64,000 nucleotides of DNA, from the NCBI GenBank assembly GCA_030141605.1, contig JAQGDQ010000305.1, positions 62,001-126,000 on the forward strand, in the 5' to 3' direction. Both the position numbers and the translations under genes were made by a program. This document shows, piece by piece, positions 54,590 through 64,000 of this stretch; the first letter of the stretch is position 1, and every line of letters begins with the position of its first letter. The notes below the pieces were generated by a model. It was not told the DNA's origin and searched no databases. It was given only the letters and a program-made list of their open reading frames with translations. Source of the stretch: Tubiluchus corallicola (lineage: Eukaryota; Animalia; Priapulida).

Positions 54590-54745
54590 CTTTATTTATA
54601 GTCGGCTTTATAATCAATAGACAACATAAGCCTGCCATGAGGCTTTTACCCTGAAACCACGCGCCTGGCAGGGCAATTACCATTTTTAAAGCCTTTGGTA
54701 TGACCGGCCGCAGTATTGAATTAACAACCTTCCAGATATTCAACT
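54497..54745 (-). mobile_element. SINE (MetaSINE-like core) with (TTA)n tail
   Basis: Minus-strand ggtcataccaaaggctttaaaaatggta...ccctgccaggcgc resembles a widespread SINE core, as recalled; it ends in AATAAA plus (TTA)n. Confidence 0.6.
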
Positions 54746-54932
54746 CATCATTATGATGTATTATTATGGGTCAGCGACCCCTTAGTTATAAGCCCTGACA
54801 TATAGCCAACTACACGCAGTAAGACGATTTATATTACCGGTATATAAACTGGTTTTGGCTTTTTATAGTTTAGTTATTAGGTTTATTTAGGTATCATGGT
54901 GATAAAGACGATAATTCTTTATTGGCGTAATC

Positions 54933-54963
54933 CGTAGTAGTAGTAGTAGTAGTAGCCAGTGGC

Positions 54964-55055
<92 letters not shown>

Positions 55056-55145
55056 CAGTAGCAGTAGCAGCAGCAGCAGTAGTAGCAACAGTAGCAACAG
55101 CAGCAGTAGCAGCAGCAGCAGTAGTAGTACTAGTAGCAGCAGTAT
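54933..55145. repeat. (TAG)n/(CAG)n compound microsatellite
   Basis: Seen directly in the sequence. Confidence 0.97.
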
Positions 55146-55510
55146 TTTCATTGTCACTAAGACCAAAAGATTACAATTACATTTACAACAAATACGTGCA
55201 AATCGCAATATTACAAACGACACAAATATTAGTTTACAAATTTTGCCCACTAAAGTTAGCACAAGAATACACAGCAATGGCAATAAAAATTTAACGTCTT
55301 AATGTCCAGATAACAATTAATTTGTTAATTCGCAAACGGTTCTTCATCTTGCACTGTGTTACAGGGGCACAGCCTTTGGTCGTGTGGTACAGCTGACATA
55401 ACGGGTATAGTCGATATAGTGGGTATAGTCGATATAGTAGGATACTTGATGTACATAAAAATACACGTTTGGATAGCCTAATAAAACAAATGATCTTTTA
55501 TTTTGTCTAG

Positions 55511-55655
55511 GATAACGAACGATGCCCGGGAAGATGAAATGGAAGAAAATATTGGACAGGTAGCAGACATGCTGGGTAACCTCCGCAACATGGCAATCGA
55601 TATGGGCAACGAAGTGAGCTCGCAAAACAGACAACTTGATCGAATCAACCAGAAG
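55511..55655 (+). CDS. SNAP25: SNAP-25 coding exon 6 ([48 protein letters not shown]), 145 nt, SN2 helix
   Basis: Boundaries ttttgtctag|G ATA...AAG|gtaaaa; ORF 55503-55715 shows the Qc SNARE motif. Confidence 0.97.
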
Positions 55656-56502
55656 GTAAAACCAGTCTTTGTATTTAACCTTCAACTGGGCCACATTCAG
55701 ACATACAATGGTTAAGTCTCTAGGAGTTCTACAGTTAGTCCCCTGATAGACCTTTTGTCCTATTGAGCTTCTATAGGCTTCGTATTTTCTAAAAGCGGTT
55801 TGTACTTAAGTGAAGGAAAAAGTTTCAGGTCCAATGCGTCGAAGTAGCTGTAGGCTGAGTGACGTTTAAATTACGGTTGACAGCTCAGGTAAATTAGCAT
55901 AAAAACATCTTATAACCTTATCCAAAAACTGTGGATTTGAGGAAGTAATTGCAAACTGAGGAATCCATTCACTAACGGAACACACAGATGTATGAGGCCG
56001 GGCTGTCAAGCCCTGGACTGACTAGCGTTCTAATCATTTGAAGACTTGAGCTTAAATCAATGAAATAATGTGGCATAAAGTGGCATTACTGCCTCATTTG
56101 TTACTAATAATCCAAATGTGATGTAGTCAATTAGTGCAACCAGATGTACATTTAATCCTTCAAGTCTGGACGACCAAGAGATTCTAAATCACTATTCAAT
56201 AACGATATAATTAATAGCGATACGAAGCATTTTTTGGCGTAGTTAGTTACTTAAAAAGTATTTTGCGAATTCAGTCATTGGTGCTATAATGATGTTATAA
56301 GCCCAAGCTCACAATTGTTTCGATCTTTAAACAAAACAAAGAGAAGAAATAGGCAAAAGTGTGAAAACACTGAAATTATTTTGGCATTAAGACTGAACTT
56401 TAAATTGAATATATACAGTAAACAACCAGAATTTCTTGAGAGTAATTCACTAATCAACAATCAATATTACTAATTTTTTAATGATTTATTGATTATTTAC
56501 AG

Positions 56503-56571
56503 GGTAAACTGGTTGATACTAGAATCTCGATGGCTAATCAACGTGCAACGCAATTACTGGCAAAGGATTAA
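56503..56571 (+). CDS. SNAP25: SNAP-25 last coding exon (GKLVDTRISMANQRATQLLAKD*), 69 nt
   Basis: Acceptor ttatttacag|GGT; TRI..ANQRAT motif; stop TAA at 56569-56571. Confidence 0.95.
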   Translation, partial: GKLVDTRISMANQRATQLLAKD

Positions 56572-58785
56572 ACGCTTCACTACTCTCCACATGAACTCCA
56601 CAATTTCACTTCACCATTTTGGTTAGAAAAAATGCATTCGGGGTTAAACAAAGGTTAACACAACAAATCTGTCACACATGTTAATTGCAGTACAAACTGT
56701 AATCCCAGACAACAGTTATACAGCATGTAAATAAAAATTACAGGAACACAAATGTAAATATTGAATTATAAATTCTTATTATAAATTACTTAGTCTTGTT
56801 AATACAATTAGTATAGCAAAATAATTTAAGGATTTTATCATAATTGTCTTGTTGAATTGTAAGTTAATTTAGGGCACACTATCATTCACTCCAAATGTTG
56901 CTTGCTACACAAAAGGAAAATAATTATTACACGAAGGCGGGGATTAGATAATAATAATATACCTTCAAACATTTGTATTTTATGTTGGCATTAAAACAGT
57001 CGCTATTAGTCTTGAAGAGTGAGAATTTTTAAGTAAATTCTATTCACACTAAAATGTTTCACTCGGGTTTTATTTATAAACGCTACAGAGGTTTACGTAA
57101 ACGTTCTGTATGGTGAGCTGTTTTCCTCAAGCCTTTTTCGCAGTTAAGTGACTTATTCAAAGATTCTTTACCAGAGCTAAATTTACACTAGGGCTATCGT
57201 TTCAAATTATTTTTCTGTCACCCGGATATTCGTATGGCTTTGCTAAATAAGTTTAGGTTTATGGAAAGTCAAACATTTATGATAGTGTTCTGAAAACAGA
57301 CTGATAAGATGAGCAAAACAAACATCTTTGTAAACAAACTGAGTTTAGTTTCCGCGCGTGACTGTGAGATGATGATATCATAGTTTATTTAATTATAAAA
57401 AATTCTGATAATTGCAGACAGCTGTGTAATCATTTTCGAGTGCGAATAGGCGACATTCGTGAAGAAGTTTTAATTTGAAAGTAAGGGTAATTTGACATCT
57501 ATTACTGCCTTCAAATGCCAGAATTGTTTTACTGTTTACTCATTTTGGAAAACTGTTGAATAGAAAAAAGTCTGAAGTTGAAGCTGAAAAATTTAATAAA
57601 CAATTAATTGTTACTAAGCCAGGTTAAGCAGTTGACTTTACACTTGTACACAAAAGAATCAATATTTCATGGTTTCAGATGTGTACAAGTCAATTATATG
57701 AGAAGAATCCTGCTCATCCTAACAGGATATTGTAATTTCGAGAACAAATTTTAATATTGTTATTATATGTGAATTGTTATAATTTTTTGCAAATTTGGAC
57801 TGTGATTGGCTGTTAGTGTGTTGCACAACTGATGGAACAGCTGTAGTGCTGACACCAGCATTGTCGCATGTGTAAGTTGTGCTTGTTGTGTGATCTACTC
57901 TTTAGTTTTTGCTTATATATATATATATATATCGAAGGGTGAAAATTGTTATTTAATTTTAATTTGTCATTCGATACTGGGTAATTGTGACAAAAGATGT
58001 GATACTACTTGCATTATATTCTTTTTTATTACTCTTGCTCTTATTGATATGAATTAATATATCCTTTTTTGACAGGTTTGCCTCCTTTAACAGTAGGCTT
58101 ATTGCAAGTTAATTTACCTTGCAAACAGTTTCATTAACTGAAGGGAAATGTTAATGTATGATTTTAATTTAGAAATTGCACTTTCCATAAATGAAAATAC
58201 TTCATGTGCAATTATGGCATGAACCCCCCCTTGAGGTTCCAAAACCCTATTTTTGAGTGTCAGTTATTGGGTGGCAACAATAATGCAAAATTTGGTGATT
58301 ACTTTTATGCCAGTTCACCTTGTGTGCGCTCACTCTGCAAATTCTGCACAATGAATTTTAGAATAACTAATAATTGATTCACATATCAAATTTAGTGAGA
58401 AAAAATATAAAATTTGTGATTTGAACGCAAGTTGTCTTAGTTCACACCAGATCTTTATACAGTGAGAATAGTGGACTAAGTGCCCTTTGCAGAATGTGAA
58501 CTACTGACTGGCTCCACTGTAATAACAACACCGAATTAGCTGAACAGTCATCTCAGAACTGGCCAAGTAGATCTCATGAAGCATAAATTGGGTTGTTAAA
58601 ATTCTGAAGAATGACCATTGACCAAGGACTTTTATCGTTTATAATATACTAAAGATAGCTTTAGCTCATCTAGAATGCCGCTACTTGTAATTGCTTATTG
58701 CACGTATGCTTTGACAAACTCTTTAAATATTTATGCCTTTAAATTTTAATCTCTTTCAAATAAACTACTTACATTACTCATTATC

Positions 58786-58791
58786 AATAAA
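58786..58791 (+). terminator. Candidate distal poly(A) signal of SNAP-25 (others at 56730 and 57595)
   Basis: AATAAA followed by a GT/T-rich downstream element (tgttgttttgtcctttgtttgttg). Confidence 0.5.
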
Positions 58792-58868
58792 GCTTGCCTG
58801 TTGTTTTGTCCTTTGTTTGTTGCAAACATCAATCTAAAACAGATTTTGCCACAACATAAACAAGTACA

Positions 58869-58874
58869 TTTATT
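58869..58874 (-). terminator. Candidate poly(A) signal of LRRC57
   Basis: First minus-strand AATAAA found downstream of the LRRC57 stop, followed by GT-rich sequence. Confidence 0.55.
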
Positions 58875-59673
58875 ACGAACTGTAATAATAATACTGCGAA
58901 TACACAACCCTACTGCGTCAATAGATTTAACTGTTTTCTCAAACGACAAAGACTGCAACGTTGCACCCAATTTGACACAAGCTTAAGAATGGTTTCTGAT
59001 GATTTACATGTAAATATAAAACAGATGCAAATCTTTAGCAGTTTAAGTACTGAGAATCCGTTCAATAACTGCTCTGCCAACTGTTTTAGTTTTTGATACA
59101 AAAAACAAAACTTTTTCAAAAAAAATATATCCCTACACCCACTTCACTTTGAACAGCTACAATTTACTGCTTATAGAAACATCTACTAATAACGACTCGT
59201 ACGAAGCAGTTAAGCAGCCAAACAAACACATAACTTAAGCTCTATACATAGTTAACTAATTTTAACATGATTCAACATACACATGAACATACAAATATAA
59301 AACTAAATTTTGCGATGAGCAATGCAAAGCAAGTCCACGACTTTACTGCAAAATTCTAAATAAATTAAACTTATTGATTATAATAATACTGAATAACAAA
59401 AAAGTAACAAGAACTATTTATATATAATAAAATAAAAACACAGATTTGCAAATGTATTACACAGAGTCACAACATCATGGTTTATCTATACACAAGGAAG
59501 CCTGGCCGCTAAGATTATGTCTTTGTTTCTACACTCGCATTTCAGATGAATTTATAATAATGTAGATATTTGACACGGTACATTTGCACATAGAGTACAC
59601 GATGACAGTGACTGATGACGTATATGTACAGATAAGTTTCTGGGATTTATCGTCAAATGCCTGCTGATGAGAA

Positions 59674-59715
59674 TCAATTGAATTTCTTCTTTGTTGCCGT
59701 ATATCGTTCCATGTA
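59674..59715 (-). CDS. LRRC57: LRRC57 last coding exon (YMERYTATKKKFN*)
   Basis: Acceptor ttttag|TAC; matches the human C-terminus YMERFTATKKKFA; stop TGA. Confidence 0.95.
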   Translation of the reverse strand, partial: YMERYTATKKKFN

Positions 59716-60257
59716 CTAAAAGTAAAACACAAGAAATATGTCAGTGGAGTTTGATTAGCACATTTCAATCAAACTCTCCACAAACTGGAAATAGCAGACT
59801 GAACAAAGCAGATAACACCTTTCCACAAGTAGAATAAAAACACAGAGCAAGAGGGGAACCTTTTTTAGTCCCTTTTTCTACTATTTTCAAACCTATACTT
59901 TTATTCAACTAAAAAAATAAATCTGATTTAAAAAATAAATAAATTTGATTTTAAACTTATATTCTACAAGGTCAGCCCATTGGACTCTCCAATTTGCAAA
60001 ATTTTGCAATTTGAGAATTTGTTTGTCAGTCAAATTTTTATTATATTAATATAGCGCAATAAGCTCATGATTTAGAGAAAATTTTACACTCCAGGAAACT
60101 GACACATTTATAACTAAGTAGAAGACATCGACATTCTAGTGACTGCTTAAAAAGTTAGAAAAACTGGTCGACTATGACAAAACAGCTGAGAAGCGTTTGA
60201 CAGCTAAAGTTGAAAGCAATTGTTATTTCAAGCAATTTCTGAAAGAATAAAAATTTA

Positions 60258-60503
<246 letters not shown>

Positions 60504-61762
60504 CTAAAAATGGAAAAGCACCACTTTTAGCATGCAGTTTAAAAATACCAACACCTCTATCTCTTGCACTAGTGCAGATCATCTAATACAGCTTTCACAC
60601 AGGAATAATCCTTTTCAGAGTTTCGCTTATGTGTACCTATAACAGCTTAGAGCTGTATATCACAGATTATTGGAACTTAGCCTGGTAAATGGGGGTGGGG
60701 GAGGAGATAAGACTACGATATACCCTCATGGGACAATAGGTTTTGACTACAAGTACTGGTAGATCTAAAGTTGGATGGCTTCAGTATGCATGTGGGGGTA
60801 AGTATCCGCTTCACATTGTTTCTCTTTGCTTAAAAAAGTACATTTTTACACAGAATCATTTTTAACTCGTTAGGACGTAGGTACTGTGGTTAGCTTTAAA
60901 ACAACGTAGGTTAGGTTTTCGATACAGGTACTGGACTCAAGCTTTCATTATTTTCAGGGGTGTGTCTAGAAACTTAAAAACAGTTTATAGCACCAACAAT
61001 CAAGCATATGCATTTAAATTTATTATGAACGACTCTGCTTGTTGCAGCAAGCTTGCTCCAGAAAAGCCGACATAAAGCTACACCAAACTAAGAGTGCATG
61101 CTGTTCTAAATCTGTTCTTCATCATGCGATTGCAAAGCAGCAACAGACTACATCATCGAAATGAAGTTCGTCATTTAATGTGACAATTTTTGAATCTCAC
61201 CACGTTGAAGCTTGGATCTGCGTCAGTTGCAAAAACTACTACGATTTGATAGGGATACGATTTTAATGGTAACCTCCCTTTCTCCCAATTTTTCTCCAAC
61301 TGTTACTTTAATGTGAACATAGCGTAAAATGAGATCACTGTGAAACAGAACTTCCATTCCTTTTACAGGAAGTAGACACTGACATTGCTCGAAAACATGA
61401 AAAAATTGTCTGGGAATGCAACAGGTCAAATGGAGACAAGGCAGCTGTATTTAGCGGCCATAATAATACCAATCGAATTATGCATAAATATTGTAAATAT
61501 TGGTTTTAGAACTTAGAATTTAGAACTCATTTTATAGGCCTCCAAAATGCTTTAAATACAGGAAAATGAGTTGGTAGTCCTATCTGACCCTTCTTGATGC
61601 AGAAGGGTCAGACAGGACAGTGTCACCTTACTTAAATATAAGCACTTCTCTTTTTGGGACATTACTAGACTGGGTAATCACTGCAATTAAGTTTTTAGAA
61701 CAAGCTGTATTGTTATATACATACGAAAAGTTTGTAGATTGAAAATTATGATGAAAACTTAC

Positions 61763-61889
61763 TTGGTTTTGATTAAGGTTGAGTTCTATACACACTAAGC
61801 CTTCAATTTCATCTGGTATTTCCGTGATGACATTAGATTGAAGGTCAAGGACATCTAAACACTTCAACTCACAAAACTCTATAGGAAAT
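61763..61889 (-). CDS. LRRC57: LRRC57 exon (FPIEFCELKCLDVLDLQSNVITEIPDEIEGLVCIELNLNQNQ)
   Basis: Boundaries ttttag|A TTT...CAA|gtaagt; IELNLNQNQ matches LRRC57. Confidence 0.94.
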
Positions 61890-62614
61890 CTAAAATAAAC
61901 AGCAAATGTTATTTCTATAAAATGACTTGCCTTTTGCAACAACAAACTAGTAAATGTTTAAACAATGCTTTGAACTGCAACCATCACATCATAATAGGTT
62001 TGTAGAATGTGCTGTTCTAAAAATTACTAAATAAATGAGGGATGCGCTTTTTGAAAATTAAATGCATTAATCTACAGCACTGCCACTACCATCATCACCA
62101 CCACCAACCCCACCATCATCATCAACATCAATATCAAGGACTGTTCATACTGTAATTGTCACCATCGTCATCATCATTATATCATTGTCATCATTACTGT
62201 CTCACCATCATCATCATCTCGATCATCAGCATCAAAATCACCATCATAGCCACTACCTTAACCAAATGCACTGTCATAATCATTATTATCATTATCCTTG
62301 TTCTAAAAGTTCTAAAATAATTGCCACTATAATAATCATTATTTATCACCATCACCAATAAGTTTTCAAAATTGGCCTCCTGCTAGATGGAAGTTACTCC
62401 ACTCACATTTTCATTACATACAGACTTTCGACAGATTTTATTCTCTAAGTAAATAAAAGCAGACGCTTTTATAGAGTTTATGTTAAAAATTAACAGATGC
62501 AAAATCTTTCTGATACTACAGAATAATATCACTGCTGTAGAGAAATAGCAATCAATTTCCTTCTGGATTTTTGTAATTTTTTACAGGCTTAAAACAACTG
62601 AATCAATACCGCAC

Positions 62615-62756
62615 CTAGTGAGTTTGTTATGTGTGATGGATACATTTTTAAGTGCCTGTAGCTTCCGACATTTATTGGGCAACTGCGTCAGTCGGTTGTG
62701 GCTCAGGTTTAGTGAGTCCAATCTCTTTAAGTTTACAAAACTGTCAGGCAGAGAAG
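62615..62756 (-). CDS. LRRC57: LRRC57 internal exon (SLPDSFVNLKRLDSLNLSHNRLTQLPNKCRKLQALKNVSITHNKLT-R); upstream exons not found in the window
   Basis: Minus-strand ttttcttgcag acceptor and gtgcgg donor; LRR repeats LxxLxLxxNxL. Confidence 0.9.
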
Positions 62757-64000
62757 CTGCAAGAAAACAAATGTTAAAGTGACACTCTCATAAAGTGTAT
62801 CTGGCACAACTATGTAATGAGATGAACAATCTATTGCACATAATACAACAATTTACAGTGAAAATCTAAAATGCTCTTGTTATAAACTTTCATATTATAG
62901 GCCTACATCAGTGGTGCCTAATTAGCAATTTGCAGGCCAAGCCCAAATCCGCGAATGTGTGGTCTGCCCATGCATACTACTCGCTTTGCTGATCATTTTG
63001 AGCTGTAGATGAACTTAAGTCCGACTTATCATTGCGTAGTTATTAAATTTTAAAATTTACATTGAAAATAAGTCTAGTCTGTTGCTGGTATAGTCTGCTG
63101 CTCATTCTGCTACAGCTACAATAAAGACTAAGTCTCAGTGAGTCATGTAACCTTTGCATGCACACATTCTTCCGTTGCAATTTGGTGTGTACATTCAGTC
63201 AAATTTTCTCATTAAAGGTAAGAACCATTCTTCCATTTTGAAGCACAAAAAGTTTTGTCTAAAAATACTCATTTTCAGCATTCAAAATCATAAAAATCTG
63301 CAACTTTAAGGGTAAAGCACCACTACTGCACCCTAAACGATGGCATCAGTAGCCGCATTACCATTGGCCTGTTCTACTATTTGTTAATTGGGCACAATGG
63401 CCTACATGCTATACCAGCAGACGAAAAATTATTTGTGTAGTCTAACACCTTACTCAAAGTTTAAATTAAAATTTAGAAAACTATTTACCGAAGCATAAAA
63501 GTTCTAATTAATTCTATATAGTTATACAGTTATACTGAGATATGACAGTTATACCAGAGGTCTTCAAAATATTTTATCTAGTTCATTCATAATTACAAAG
63601 AAGCGTTATAACATAAAGTTTGCTAAGTTAAAACACAAGAGAACCAAAAAAAATCATCTTGAAATTTTGTAACACCTACATACTGCCTTATTGCGCGCAG
63701 AGTATTAGTAGTATTTTAGCTGAAAATCTAAACTCCCTCTATCACAGTTAGGCACAGACATTATAAAGGTCAGTCATCTGAAACAGGTTTAGGTGACGTT
63801 TGAAAAAATAATCAGAGCATTCATAGTGCACAGTTCATTAACTAAACCAGGCATAAATTACTACAGCTTGTCAATAAGGTTAAAAATACATTTTTTGTCG
63901 AGCCAGTGGTGCAATATACTAGGACGGTGAGTTACAGTTGATATTTTACCAGTGGGTATGAACAATTTAAATTACTAAAGAATTTTCTTTTCCATTTACA

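Noticed and set aside
54894-55294. Poly-L and poly-V ORFs (also the poly-H, poly-ER and THSL ORFs elsewhere)
   Set aside because: These are translations of microsatellites.
55359-55694. Antisense ORFs over SNAP-25 exons (also 49914-50183 and 53730-54071)
   Set aside because: These are shadow frames of the real + strand exons.

Overview
AT-rich animal (invertebrate-like) genomic DNA with spliceosomal introns; the species cannot be determined from the sequence alone. The window holds a complete SNAP-25-family gene on the + strand: 7 coding exons from 15150 to 56571, 212 aa, with exon sizes 78/42/49/118/138/145/69 nt and a 28-kb intron after the first coding exon. The last four coding exons of an LRRC57 ortholog lie convergently on the - strand (59674-62756). 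The rest is intronic or intergenic: MITEs, LINE/SINE relics, a 107-bp minisatellite, microsatellites and hairpins. Main observations: (1) a candidate alternative first coding exon inside the large SNAP-25 intron (27203-27385), which would replace the N-terminus with a 61-aa segment carrying a KRKKKR basic cluster, plus a second, weaker candidate at 36430; (2) an obligatory GC-AG intron with a competing frameshifting GT donor 4 nt downstream; (3) a SNAP25/23-LRRC57 tail-to-tail arrangement matching the human SNAP23-LRRC57 locus, with opposing poly(A) signals about 80 bp apart. All exon models are manual predictions without transcript data.
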